From Amphiscolops sp. MND2022 (lineage: Eukaryota), in NCBI GenBank assembly GCA_964187785.1, contig OZ076409.1:62684001-62748000 (forward strand): DNA of 64,000 nucleotides, written 5' to 3'. The notes under the pieces were generated by a model. The model had not been told where the DNA came from and searched no databases. It saw only the letters and a list, made by a program, of their open reading frames with translations. Both the position numbers and the translations under genes were made by a program. Below, in pieces: positions 44,865 through 58,800 of the stretch; position 1 is the stretch's first letter, and every line of letters begins with the position of its first letter.

Positions 44865-47800
44865 TTAACTGCCGATGTCTGTGGGGGCGTTGTGCAAACT
44901 GTGCATCGGTCAGAACTTGACGCTCTGTTTCCGGTTGCGTTGTTTGCGGCTTTGCTGCAGGTGGATCTTTTGCCTGTTCTGGGTTGCTTTGTTGATTCAC
45001 CGGAGACAGATTCTCGGCGTTGTTGGGGGTTTTCAAAGGTTGGATGGAATTTCCGATTCCGGAGAGTAACTTTGCCCGATCCATCAATTCTGACGGCGTA
45101 CTGGTCGATTTGTTTCACTTCCATCACTAAGCCGGTTCGATCCTATCGCAGTCGATGATTACCTGTCTGGTTCTGGATAAAGAACTGGTCGCCAACTTTA
45201 AGGGGCTTTAAGCGTACTGTGTGTTCGGTGAGGCGTTCGGCATTTCTGACATTTCTAACACGCATTGCTTTTTCCCTGGCCCGTGATGTTTCTATCCAGG
45301 TGTTGTGAGGTCTGTTTGAACCCTGCAGAATGGGGATTAAGTCCTTTATGAGTCGCGCAAAGGGGGGGGGGACAAACCGGTATCGCGGTCAGGGGTGTTG
45401 CGGTATTTAAGCATGCCTCTTTGAAATGTGTCGAGGTTGATCTCGCCGTTCGGGCCAGTGTTGTCCATGAGCATGCTCTCGCAGGTCTTTACCCCGAGCT
45501 CGGCGCGACCGTTTGAATGAAGATGAGAGGCGGTGATGGTCACCTCAGTTTGACAACAGTAGCTGTGTCGCCTCGGATGTGAATTCAGGTCCGCCATCTG
45601 ACGATAGTTCGTCTGCAGTGCCGTATGTGACGAAAAATTCGCGAAAGCATTTTATAACCACTATGCAATTGCAGCCCTTGTATTTGAAGTAATCCGCACA
45701 GATGCACTGGAAGGGATAAACTGGTTCCTGAGCCGTGAGCGGAGGGCCATGTGGTTGACTGGGCGCACGCTCGTTGCATGACCGGCACAGGGCTCTCAAG
45801 GTTGCAATAGCCGGTGTGATGCTAGGCCAAAAAGCACTAGATTCAGCCCTGGAAATCCTGCAGGAGACACCTTGATGAGCAAAATGCAGTGTGTCTAGGA
45901 TTATTGCTCTTAGTGGTGATGAGATAACAGTCCACTGTGCTGAGTCCATCCTTGAATTGGAAGAATTCTCGTAAACCCGGGGCAAGATCCAATTGTGAGA
46001 TAAAGCCCTGGAACCCGTCTTCGATCTTTTGTTTGGAGATTTTGTATATTTTCATCGCGTAGGGTGTGTTCTTGGACTTCGGCCCATGTAACGGCGCGAA
46101 TGTCGCCGAGATTGGTGGCCGCAGCGACGGCAAGCATTTTTTCCAGATCAGCTGATATGTCGGGTTCCCACGTCATGGTGGCCTCAGGAAGGCGGAGCCG
46201 CAGTTCAATACATGCGATGGAGTCCGACTCCTCGAAATCACTATGCAAGGTGAGTTTTTTCCATCATCAGAGGTTTCCTCGAGTTTGCATCCGGCGCCTT
46301 TTGTTTCTGTGCGGGATATAGATTATAGAGAAACGGTATGGCAGCGTCTTCTCCTTGAGTGACAGTAGTCTTTCAGTCTTGATATCGCCGAGGTGTCGGT
46401 TGTTGAGAACCCCGAGTAGCGGCTTGTGGTCAGTAGCTACCACTAAGTTGTCGCAACCGAGTACGAAGTGACGGGCGGACTAAAATCTAAAAACCATAGC
46501 CAATGCTTCCCCTTCAGTAGGAGCATATCTTGATTCTGCTGAGTGTGTGAACCTGCTACCAGTGAACACTATTTTCCATGCCGTTGAGCAACACATAGGA
46601 GTGATGACCTCACAGGTGCAGTATTTCTGCAAGAGCCAGAAACCGATGTTTTTCTTGGACCAATTTGTGGCGAGACTTGTGACACGTTTGGGGTCGAATA
46701 TTTGGATACCCTCGGTGATTTTGTTCAGTATAGCAGCCTTGGATTGCTCAAAAACATGTTGCAGCTGATCATCCCAATAGAACGTTGACGACGGCTTGAG
46801 ATGCACGCAGAAAGGCGCCATGTCCTTGCGGAGGGAGTTGCAGTACAATACTTGGTTGATGAGGCCAAACCAAGATCGGATGTCAGTGATGTTTTGTGGC
46901 GTAGGAAAGTCACAGATTGCGGGGATAAATTTGTCACTGGGCTGGATATCGGTCGGAGTGATGACGAAACCAGCAAATTCCGTCGCGTCGTAGTCAAATA
47001 CAAACTTTTCGGAATTCTGAACAATTCTGTGTCGACCGCAAAGGTCTAGCCAGCGACATGTTTGAAAGAAGCTCTCTTCGAGAGTGTCTGCCCATAAGTA
47101 TGTGTCATCGATGCAATTGGTTTTGTTGGGAAAGTCATTGACAATCTCGTCGAATCTTCTGGTGTATCCATCCTGTGAAGTAGCGTAGCCCTGTGGACAA
47201 GTTTGTATCGGTACCGACCCCATGGCGTGACGAACGCGGTGAGGTCGCGATCTTCTTTTCTGATTGGCACACTATGATACCCGTTCCAAGCATCGGTAAC
47301 CGTCTTCTTTGTTCCTGAAGGCACCAGCGTCGCCTGGTGAAACGGGGATTGGGTGTGATGTGTTTCACGGACAGCATGTTTGTTGAGCACCTGCATGTCC
47401 ACTGTGCGTCGTGGCTTGCCGTTTTTCTTCCCAGCAGTGACCATTCGATGGCACCAGGTAACTGGTTCTCCAACTGGGACAGCCTCCAGAACCCCGAGTT
47501 TGACATATCTGTCGATAGACGCTTTCACTTCCTGTTGCCAGTGTAGAGGAACTGGAATGGGTTTGCGGACTGTGCAATCGGCTTGGCATCGGGGTCGACG
47601 TGGAGTTCCAACGGCGGGCCCTCCATCAGAGGGCGTGTTTGGCATTCGCAAGTGTTGAAAGTGCTGGATCGGTATCTGTCTAGTATCCAAATCTGGAGAG
47701 CAGCTCGGTTGGCGTCAGTTGCTTTGAATGGTAAAACAGTTGGTAATGGTGGTGGCTTGATGCGTATGGGACAGGAGAAGTCGCACGCCTCGTCGCGTGG

Positions 47801-49759
47801 GCTTGCTGCAGCCGAACTGACTGACATGGGTTGCTGAGTGGCAGATCCGATTCGCGGGAAGTCGCTCGGGATGATTCCCAGTGTTGTACTGGCTTCCTGA
47901 CTCAAGTATGCACCTTCTATCACGTCGATCACATAGCATCTTTATGCTGTCTCTATTACTTTGCCAGACACCGATTTTCCGGACAGTCGTAGGATAACAG
48001 CCCCTAAAATTGGGATGACGTCAAGATTCACCGCCGACATTCTTGTTTTAGGGTATGAGGTCCGATTTTTCGAAACCCAGTCTGTGGATGATTTTGATCC
48101 CAACTAAGACAGATTGACAACAGTATCAGCCGTCATGGCTATCGTAATGTGGCGTGTCATTGTGTGAAGGCGGTACCCCAGCTCCTCATAGTCTTTTGAG
48201 TGAGTACGGGCGGTGAGAGAAAATGTCCGTTGTGGCGGCGACCGTCTTGTGATTCAATTTCGACGTTTCTGTCGTCGAAAATGTGGTGGTCAAAAACGAC
48301 CGCCCGTTGACCGGTTTTATGAGAGGTGACCGTGCAGGCGACCGAGATATTGCACATTTTGTGAAACACAGTGTTGGATTCATCCACATCCTTCGTTGTG
48401 TTCCCACCGATCTTTTTGGCTTTAGACCTACAGATGTTGGCGAAGTGTTTCTTTTTGTCACCCTTTGAACAAAGTTTGTCCCAGGCCTTGCACTTCTCTT
48501 TTCTAGCCTGTGTATCACGGCCATCACCATGGCCTGGTTTTCCACATTTTCAGCATTTGACTACGTGTTGTTCTTGGTCCGCCTATTTATACGAGGATAC
48601 TGTCGCAGCACTCGGATTCTGGAGAGATGCTTGTGATCGTTTACTAGCTTCCTCGGCCTCTATAAACTTGATCGTGTCCTCCAGGGTTATGTCTTTGTCG
48701 TTATGTCCCAGTACATCTTGCTGGATGTCGCTGTCGCCAAGTCCTCTAATGAGAGGGTCGCGGACCATGTCGTTGGTGTAATTGACTGCTTCAAATGGGC
48801 TGTGAGAGCAATTTTTTGAGAACTTGCAGACCTTAAATTGACCTCGTAAGCGAGCGGCAAATTTCCTATTACCCTCTTCTCTATCCTGTGTCATTGTCAA
48901 GAGAGAGAGAGTCATCCTGCTCACCATGGCGTTCTCAGCCTTCACGGCTAGAGTCTTTGTTGCCGCCAGCGCATCTATCGCGGTTGCCATGGCGATGTTT
49001 GAGTGGTGGAGGTCCTTGCGTAGACTGTCTTCACAACATTCGAGAAACTGTAAGGTGGCATCGTGGTCGGTTATGCGTATGGCTGTCTTGTAGGCGAACC
49101 ACCTGGTGATAAAGTACTCCCAGTCTTCACTCGTGCTTTCCTTAGACACTTTTGGACGAGACAATTTGTCGGGTTTGGCCTGTTGACAGGCGCCGACGGC
49201 ATGTGAATACCCGTGCACCGTGAAAAGTGCGATGGCTTGCGCCGCTTCAATATCCCCCGTGGTGTAGGTACATCCTTCAATGGGGCAATTGAGCACCACC
49301 ATGGCTGGCGGACACGTTCATTGGTTGGTTTTCTCCTTGGAGCACACGAGACGTGATGCTACCAAGGTTGATATAGGAACGGGTTTGAAGTACACGATAC
49401 GTGATAATTTGAGGCCGATAAAAAGAATACGCTTGAAGCACACGACACGTGATACTACAAGGTGATATTCATGAGCGATACAATTGTAGTTCCGATCCAG
49501 TTCAGGCTTCGTTAGGAATAAGATGCAAAGGAACGAACTAACGGGAAAAGGGTAGGTGTTCCTTGTTTGCAGGATCGTGTAGATTGCAGGAGTTGCTCGT
49601 CCACTTACTGAGAATAGAGGATCATATAGAAACCTCTATTTGTAGAAACAGTGTCAATAAAACATTTATTCCATACAATGATACTCTGAAATAGAATGAC
49701 ACTTTTAAAAATGTATCTATACATTTTACGATCTGTTATAAAAGATTTTGCGACAACAT

Positions 49760-50260
49760 ACTATTCATACCAGCCACTATCGCAGTTGACCGGTAGAAGT
49801 TTTTTTAAAGTTGCAATGGTATAGAGGTTTTTTTAAAAAAACTATATGTAATAAATTTCTTCGAACGCATCTCTGTCGCTCACAGTTTCTAGAACACATG
49901 CTGCATTGCCGATCTGAAGAGCCATTGAAATCCGTTGCTTAAAAAAGCTGCCAACTTGTTAATCGTCGTGCGAACGACAGAGCGTTTTCCAGAGACGATT
50001 GATGAAATTTTCACTGCTCTCGCTTGATGAACCCGGTACTTCTAAGGCCACCGGTTGAAAAATATGTCCATTGCCTATTAATTCGCGATATTTCTCAATT
50101 TTAGGCGCTTCAGCCTCGGTGGCAAGTGGTTCCCGGGTTTCATTCCCACGCGGTTCGACCATTAAAGGCAAGTCGAGAGATCCCAACGTCTGCTTTATTG
50201 GGCACAGGTGATGACAAAAAGGATCTAGCAGATCATACACCTCCGAAAACTTGAAAGTAA
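49760..50260 (-). mobile_element. 3' portion of an RLE-type non-LTR element
   Basis: AEAPKIEKY..FQPVALEVPG...KQRISMALQIGNAACV restriction-like endonuclease C-terminus. Confidence 0.7.
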
Positions 50261-50359
50261 TATAAATACGTCAAGGAAACATCGGAATACAGTCTCAGCG
50301 AGTCGTTGACTTGCGATGTATTCCAAGCAAAAATTGCATGTTTTTCCGTTAAATTTCCG

Positions 50360-50860
50360 CACTTAGTAGTAGTAGAATAAACTTCAAGGCGTAGCCTTAG
50401 GAGGTTTCCACCTTGGATATGCCGAGTTTTGATTTAGTAGCAATTTTTCAAAGATGTTGCAGTTTCCACATCTGCATAGCAGTCTCCATGTACGTGAGTT
50501 TGCCTCATTGTATTTCTTTTGAAAGAAGGTGTGGTAGATGTCGGTCAGCGTCGATTTGTCAGGTAGAAAGAGGGACATGCCTAGATAAGGAAACTGTAGA
50601 GTCTTTTTGTGCGGGTAAAGAAATTGCCATTGTTTTTGGAGTCGAGTCTGGGCTATTGGTAGCTCTCCTCTTTGAAATTGCTGGTTGAATCATATGCATG
50701 TGGCACGGTTTCATCGAGTATTTCGTCATACTTGTCATTGAGCATAGCCAGCAACATTAGGGTATCGTGCATTGCCATATACAGACTGAGTGGAGGAGCT
50801 TCAGCTTTCATTCTTTCGGGATAGCATTTTCTTGACCCATTTTCAAGGGCAATTATTCTG
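50360..50860 (-). mobile_element. 3' fragment of a CR1/L2-group LINE
   Basis: PPLSLYMAMHDTLMLL..KYD, ..YNEANSRTWRLLCRCGNC; (CTA)n tail at about 50364-50375. Confidence 0.6.
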
Positions 50861-51020
50861 CTGTTGCTTTTTATTCCAATATCAGATATCATGGATCTTC
50901 GTCATCAATCAAATGCTATGTGTATCATCGTTGGGGGAAGACACACACCCGTGGTCTGCAACAAGAAGAGGGAACTGCTGTTTTTTTTCGGTTGCATGAT
51001 TTCAAAGGTACTAGAGAAAG

Positions 51021-51472
51021 GCGGTGGGCGAATATGCAATCTGTCATTGGGATCGCATCTGTCAAGTAAAATGGTCAAAGAAAATGAGATCGAATCAAGG
51101 TTTTCAAACACTTAGCGTTTTCAAACAGCAATGTTTTTGGCCGTCTGATATACCCCACTTCCTCTAGTGCCCCGAGGCCCCACCGCTTATGATCCCATCT
51201 TGCTAAGCAAGGTCGAACACGAGCAAAGACCTAGCGCGAACGGAGATCGCGAAGCGATCGTAGTAGGAGGTGATCTTTGCGACGTTGAGGGCGAGCGTGC
51301 ATACATCGTATACGATCCTATAATAGGTTGGGAAAAGTACGTAAAACTCTTTAAACGCTTTCCAGGTGCAAAAAACCTAGCAAAAACGGAACAATTTGAT
51401 GTCAAATCTTTCGATCCATTTTCGATCTTGCTTTTCGCTCATACAAAAATTCGATCCAAAAACAACCCACCC
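51021..51472. mobile_element. Mutator-like MITE sharing a core with 43607-44163
   Basis: Flanked by TAGAGAAA(G/A); ends GCGGTGGG / CCCACCC; 51147-51265 is the reverse complement of about 43810-43935. Confidence 0.7.
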
Positions 51473-51999
51473 TAGAGAAAACCTACATGAGGAATTTTGG
51501 AAAAATAAAAATGATTAAAGCTCAAACGTTCAGACATATTTGCAATGAGAAACAAATAATTATCACACATATCAAAATAAGGGTTGTCGGGGTTCGACAA
51601 TCCTAGGCTAACCGACTGTCAGCAGTTTCGAATGTAAGATTTCCAAAGTGAATAAGCAACTATCGGGTTTCGACGTATCGCATTGAGAAAATACAAAAAC
51701 TTTCAGATAACGGCGAGATTCGCCAGACTATCACGAAGATAAAGGGTTTATAAGCGATATGAGAAGTTGGCCATTCGCTTTTGGCCTTTTGTCAATTTCA
51801 CTGAGCTATATCTCACACTGAATATATTCACAAATTAGAATAAACACGTCTTCCAAACATTGAACTAACTCTTTTCAGATCTACGTTTTCATACAGAGGA
51901 CGTTACAGTGATGAAAAGGATGCTGAACCCATATTTCGCAAAAATCATCATCTGAAAAGAAAAGAGCCTAACTTTTTAAAATCTGAAAAATTCAAAATT

Positions 52000-54900
52000 A
52001 TAACCAATCAACCTCAATTCTGCTCTTCATTCCTACCCAACCTGTTTTAAAAAGTATTGGGCCCAACAGCTTCCCAGACGACGCCATGCACTTAGCTGAT
52101 CACAGCCCCACCAGCACAGATCACGATGGTGGCACCACGACACTCTCGACAAGAGAAACTGCTGTTTAGTGGACAAGAGGATGACTTCCCCACTTTTCTG
52201 GAGCAGCTCGAAGCAAGAGTTTATGCCCTGGGACTTTCTGACTGCCTTCTGGACATAATCAAAAAACATCTTAAAAAGACGTGGAGACGAATGCCGAACG
52301 TGTCAAGCGAGAGTGGGAAGAAGCAGATCTAGCCAAACTCCATTACAGGAGGCAAGCACCAATTTCATCAGAGCGCACAAGCTGAATGCCCTCGGCCGGG
52401 ACTGCAGCCTAGACAGCTTTGACGAAGCTCCACAAAGCAACTGAACGGCCTCTTGTTGAATCACTGATGACACAGCTCACTGGTCTCAAGATGACATCAG
52501 GGGAAAAATGACTGATTACCTCACCAAAGCAGAAGGGCTGAAGCTCTAGCTCCACCTGTGGGTCACTGGCAATGATGTCTCTCTCTATCAACCACTGGCA
52601 TCAAGTGATGGGGCACAACAACTGGCACGAGGTTGCAAAGTTGCAGCACGAGATCGTGGGCATAAACATCCCTGGCTCCGAAAAGAAGACGAACTGCAAC
52701 ATCTGCTGTACCGAGAGGGTGAAGCGGGCATCCATTCCGAAGACATGGGGGCACTCGAGCGAAACCGAAACTGGCTGAGTATCGTTCACACACACGTGAT
52801 CGGACCCATTCGGCAGGAGTTCCACGAGGGTTTTAGCTACGCAATGGGCTTCATCGACAGTTACAGCCGTTTCGGGGTAGTATACTCAAAGAAGTCAAAA
52901 GATGAGGTCACCGAAAAGTTACAATGATTCATCATCGATGTTGGCAGGCCTGGCACCTTGGTCTCAGACGAACTCGGGCTCCCAAGTTAAAGTCAAAACA
53001 GTTCAGTGACTTGTGCACATCCAGTGGCATCAAACAAGAGTTCTTTGCCCCCAACACACCCGAAGAAACCTGCAAAATTGAGCGAGCATGGGGCACTCTG
53101 ACTGGCAACACGCGATGCATGATGGCAACTGCAGGGGTTCCAAGGCAGTTCTTGCCTTTTGCTTTTTAAACTGCTGTCTCTGCCATCTACCGAAGAATCA
53201 ATCAATCCACTCGGCGCATGGTAACACCACTTTTGAGATGTTTCACGGAGGCAAATCTGACCTTTCACATATTCACGTGTTTGAATGCCAGTCGTTTGTG
53301 CTCAACGAAGTTAGGAAGAAGCTGGACAGCAAGGTACGGGATGCTTTTCTACTGGGATTCTGGGGAAACTCCAAGGCATATGCAGTGGCCTCAACATATG
53401 TGGTGGGTCACAGACAAGGGCACCAAAGGTCTGGCTGCCACGAAACGTCAGTTCCAACGACGATGACTTTCCGTATCATCGTGGTTCTGCAGTCACCCAA
53501 GAGGAATACGAGAACGATGATGCGTCTCAAGCAGATGTTGATGATCTGAAATCAGGGATACATGAACAATCCGAGGCCACATTTACGAAGCCCCAGGCAA
53601 TACAGTGCGAATCAGAAGAAAACATCAATTCGGATGAAGGGACACCAAATGTAACAGACATTGCAACAGCAGTGCAGCAGACGACAACCAGATGTTCGGG
53701 AAGGACTCAACGAGTGCCTAAACACTTTTGTGACAGGGAAAGAATTGGAGAACTTGGCCCTTTACTGTGATGTTTACTTTCAAGCGGCTTTCCAAGCACT
53801 ACCGTAAACGGATCTCAACTGGAAAGCAGCAATGGACAGGGAGCTCAAATCACTTAAACAAAGTGGGGTCTGGGAGATGGTCAAGCCACCATCACGACAG
53901 GACATCATCAGCGGAAAGTTGCTTTTAGCACACAAACTAGATGATGAAGGAAATGTGGTGAAGTACAAGGCACAATTTTTTGCACGAAACAGATGGTGTG
54001 CAAGCTTTAGCTGACACTTTATGGACTGAAGCAAATGGGGCGCAGTTAGTTTGATTGTCTGTCCTCTCATCTGTTTGCCACAACTTCAAGGCATCAGTTC
54101 ACGACCCTTGCTTGCTGACTCTGACGAGGAATGATCACAAGTGCTGGATAGTGGTTTGGGTGGATGATTTTGTTTACGGGTCAACTGACAGTCATTTTAC
54201 CTCGTGGTTCAACGAAAAGATGAGAGAACGGTTCAACATTGGCAAAAGGGGTCCTCTCACGTGGTTCATGGGATTTTCCTTCAAGGGGAGTGACGGTTCG
54301 CTGACAATGAAGCATCAGGGGTATGTGAGCAACATACTTCCCAAACACGGTATCGGCGAGTGCAAGGCGGCTTCAACACCACTCGCACACAAACTGGAGA
54401 AAGATCAGATGCCAGCAGACGGATCGGATGCGCAATAGCAAATGTTTAGACATGACTACAGATGCCTAGTGGTAGCATTGCTTTCCTTTCGCTGTCCACT
54501 CGACCTGACCTGGCATTCCCGGCCCACCTACTGTCTCGATTTCTTAGCAACTCTGGATTTACTCACTGGCAAGCAGCGAAGCACGTGTTACGCTACCTCA
54601 GAGGCAGAGCCTGACGTGGCCATCACTTTCATTAAGTGCGATGATACAGGCCTAAACGGGTATGCGGACTCAGACTCTGCCAGATGCAAGGACGATAGAT
54701 GAAGCATCACTGGTTTTTGCTTCAATGTGGGCAGTGGGGCAAGATCGCGGGTTGCTAGACGACAAACGTGTGTAGCGACTTTAACCACCGAGGCAGAACT
54801 TCATGAGCGAAGCTGTAAAGGAACCGGTGCATTCTAGGGGGATTCTTGATACACTTGGAGAATCAATAGCGACGAATCTGTGCACGGACGTTAAATCGTT

Positions 54901-55393
54901 CTTAGCATTGACAACCAGAGATGACAACAGCACAAAGACGAAACACTTTGCAACTCGGGTGGCCTGTGTGCGGGCGACAGTAAAAAATCAGTCGATTGAT
55001 TTGAAATTTATTGCCAGTGGTGACAATTGCGCTGACATATTCACGAAGGGACTGGGTAAGACGAAGACACAACAACACCTTGGTCGGCTGTCGGCAACGC
55101 GGAAGGCGGGAATGATCGAATGATGAGCCACGACCCCTAAGGTTCAAGTACATGCCAGATGACATCGCACACACAACTTTTGATGCCGCACCTTCATGTA
55201 CCTGTTTGTGCGATACGACAGACAACTCGATACCGAACATTATTGTTGACTGACAGGTACCTGTCGCGGTGCTATATATACCCGATGCTGAAACACTTCT
55301 ACCATCAAATGCAATTTTAAATACCTAAACCAAGTCTGATCAAAACTAATCAATCTCAATTCAGTTCTGCATTCCTACCCAACCTGTTTTAAA
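52000..55393 (+). mobile_element. Decayed, internally deleted Ty1/Copia LTR retrotransposon
   Basis: Truncated 5' LTR ending CCTACCCAACCTGTTTTAAAA followed by a copia-type PBS (GTATTGGGCCCA). Motifs HWHQVMGH..CNIC, FIDSYSR, KIERAWGTL, WKAAMDRELKSL, VWVDDF, YADSD, TKHF, ADIFTKGL. PPT GGAAGGCGGGA; 3' LTR about 55113-55393. Confidence 0.9.
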
Positions 55394-55839
55394 ATATCTC
55401 ACAGTGAATACTTTCACAAATTAAAACAAACACATCTTTCAAACATTGAATTACCTTTTTTCATACCTACGTTTTCAAATAGAGGACGTTACAGTGGTGA
55501 CAAGGGTGCTGAAACCCAAAATTCGCAAAATCTCAAAGATCATAATCTGAAAAGAATAAACCTAACAATTTTCAAAATCTGAAAAATTTTCCGTCAAATT
55601 TCATTGCTCTCTTGAAAAATACTCTTCAACTACTTAGGCATTCCAAATATTGCCAGACTCGAGACTACGATCCAGACAACAAAAGTTAGTAATTTTTGGA
55701 CTCTACGTGGTGGAACAACAGTAAGTCTCAGAGTCGACTAAAGAATATAGAAAACTTGTATTCATATTTTTTTCTCAAAGGAATTGTAATTAAACTCTTA
55801 CAAACGCCAGACCGAAAAACAACCACTCAAATTAAAATA

Positions 55840-58800
55840 CAATTGGTAACGCCACCAATTGTTGAGACCGGTTACAATCAGAAGTCACCAAGTAAGAGCA
55901 ACGGACCTATTGGATATGGTCGATTGAAAATATACCAGTACTTGGTACACTTTGGTTTAAAACAGATTCTCGTCTTTCATTCTGTTATAACTAGTTTTTC
56001 AGTGAGCAGCACTGCTAAGATACGACTACACAATGCGAGTCACGCAAAATGAAAAAACAAACTCGCTGAGGAAACAAAAATTAAAAACAAAATTCAATAA
56101 AATTCTACCTCGATAAAAGAATCAGTGGGTTTCATTGATTCCTTAAAAAGTAGCTAGCTCTTGTTAGTGGGTCACTTTTGTGGAGCTAGTCGAAATGCGA
56201 AAAAGTAAAAACGAAGTAACACAACAAATTAACCAAAGTGTCGGGTTGATAGCAGAGCAAAGACTACGGGTACTTCCAAGATGTTATTACCGGAACCTTT
56301 CACTGGCTCCAATGAAACTGAAAGCTACATAACTCATTTGAGCTGTTGGCTCAACTCCAAAAATAATGGAAACGAACGTAGAAGCGGGACAGAAACGAGG
56401 TTGAAAAAGATCAACGGCCGCACTATTTTCCACTTCGGCTCCAAAAATCAACAATTGATTTCTACCGTACCTTAACAGACCCTCGAAACGGTAGCTATGA
56501 TGAAACAGTGACGACTTTCAGAACTCATTACACTGAAAAACCTGTGGTGTTCCGGGGACGGCTAGCAAGACGAATACCCTACCCTTGAGAAAAACTAACT
56601 AATTTTTTGGGGAATTTGCAAGGTTTAATTTTGAAAGGGTACCCAGGGGAGTCGAATGAGATACGGAACAACTTGGTTGTGTGTGGCTTTTTGGAGGGGA
56701 TCCACAGCAGTCAAGTTTGACTTGATTTGAAAAAACCTAGTTGATACGGAACTAACTATTGAGCGGATACTAGAGAAAGCACTGTCACGAGAAATGAGGA
56801 TGAAGAAAATGAACCCAGAGTTGCTGTGCTACAACCTGACAACGCAGAGACCTATTTGCTCTGTGGATCAACTTGTTGAGTCTTTGTCACTCTCACGTCA
56901 TTCGCGAAACGACAATCGCAAAGGAAATTCAGAGAGAAAGAATTTCGGAAGAAGTAGCTCCGGCGATTGTTATGCAAGCAGAGGTTTTGGGGATCGGGAA
57001 AGAAACGGAAGAGGTAGAGAGATGAATAGAAACCCAAGATTCAAGACCCTCACTCCAGGAAGCTCCCCGGGACTTTAGGGAAGATCGTATTCTCGAAGGA
57101 GGTTTCCAGTAACTGATCGAGAGGTGGGATTCCGAGATAGATGTTGTCGTATCTGCGGGCATAATTGATACTGGGCGAGAGATTGCAAAAATTGTTTCAA
57201 GTGTGGTAGTTCACAGAGTTTCAAAAAAGATTGTCTGTTTTCAAACTAAAACAGGCTAATGTAGAAATGTCCTCGCATTTGCCTAACTGTAACATGGCCA
57301 TATTGGAAGTAACAGCCAACTAGAACACAGAGAAAACTCAAGTTTTTTACTTGACATTCCTCATACGAGGGAAATGACGAAGACACTAGTAGACAGTGGA
57401 AGTAGCGTCTCAATAATCGATTGGTTGTTCCTAAACACACTGGGTTTCAAATGAAAAATGGAAAGTTACAGTGGAAAATTTTTAACAGCAAACAAAACAC
57501 ACCTAACAGTGAAAAGAAAAGCAGAGCTGATTGTGCAGTTACAAAAGTTTTCGACCGAGTTTCGAGTTGGTTTTCTGATATCATCAATGGACATTTTTGA
57601 TTGATTTTTGAGACTGGATTTTCTCACAGAACTAGATTGTATTTAGTATATTAAACGGAAACATTTTTTCTACGGGAAGCTTTTGAAGACATTGGAATTG
57701 GAGTCAAGCATGCAAAACACTGGTACCATGTTTTTAATTGTCAGCTCAACACAAAGTATACCTTCGATAAGCCAAAAACTGCCCCAATGTGAAGTACGGG
57801 ACGAACAAGGAAAACGTGTAAAAAGTTTCCAAGGATTAGTGAATCCAATAGAATCATACCAGGAGGCAACAGGGTTATGGGTAGCACAGTCACTGGTGAA
57901 AAACAGTGAAAGAATTTGTTGGGTACAACTTTTAAAAATCCACGACGAGGATATTGTAATGTACAAAAGCTCCCGGTTCGGGAATTTGGTTGAAACGGAA
58001 CTTGAGCAACTAGTTTTTTCACTTCAAGCAAAAAAATGAAGTTTCATTTCACTGAAAGTTTCAACTTTGAAAAACACGTAAACCTTTACAGTATTCGTTT
58101 GACATGATCAATTGGACGCGGTAAAAAGTCTGTGCCAAAAGTACGAGAAAAATTGTTCAAAAAACTTGAATGTTTTAGGATTCAACAAACAAATAAAACA
58201 TCATATCAAGCTCAAACAAACGCTAAGCCGTATTGTTGAGCGTATGGAAACATGAGTTTGGACAAACAAAAGGATTAGCGGAAGCTGATCTAATAACACC
58301 AACCCATTCGGACTGGGCAGCACCCAGTATTTTGGTTCCAAAAAAAAGACGTACTGTCGTAGACTACAGTGGACTCAACAAACAACTAGAGAAGACATGT
58401 TGGCCACTGTGTAGAATGAACGATGTGATTGATTCCCTTGAAGGGAACATTTTTCTCGGGTATTGACATGACATAGGGATATTTTCAAATGGCTCTGAAA
58501 GGGGATGTTACAGTTGTTTTTATTAAAGACAGTCAGAATCTTACCGTCTTCATCACGCCTGTCGCCCTCTACAAATGGAAAGGTTTTCCATGGGACTCGC
58601 TTCTGCGAAAAGGGGTTTTTCAACACTTGATGGAGCTGCTTTTCAGTGGTTTGCCCTACGAAGTAGCGCTTGTTTACAAAGATAACCTTATAAGGTTAGG
58701 TAAAAACTTGCTCTTGTTAGTGGGTCACTTTTGTGGAGCTAGTTGAAATGCGAAAAAGTAAAAACGAAGTAACACAACAAATTAACTAAAGTGTCGGGTT

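Larger units (their letters stand above)
43499..49757 (-). mobile_element. Decayed full-length Ty3/Gypsy LTR retrotransposon
   Basis: LTRs of about 135 bp at 49625-49757 and 43499-44195 (the latter split by a MITE); polypurine tract GGAGGGGAAGGGAGA. Gag 49302-48583; RT (PVPLHWQQEVK..WCHRMV..RRTVD, DAWNGYHSV, CIDD); RNase H (SRYAPTEGEALA); integrase (AHQGVS, CADYF, SSDGGPEF, SNGRAELGVK). Confidence 0.92.
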
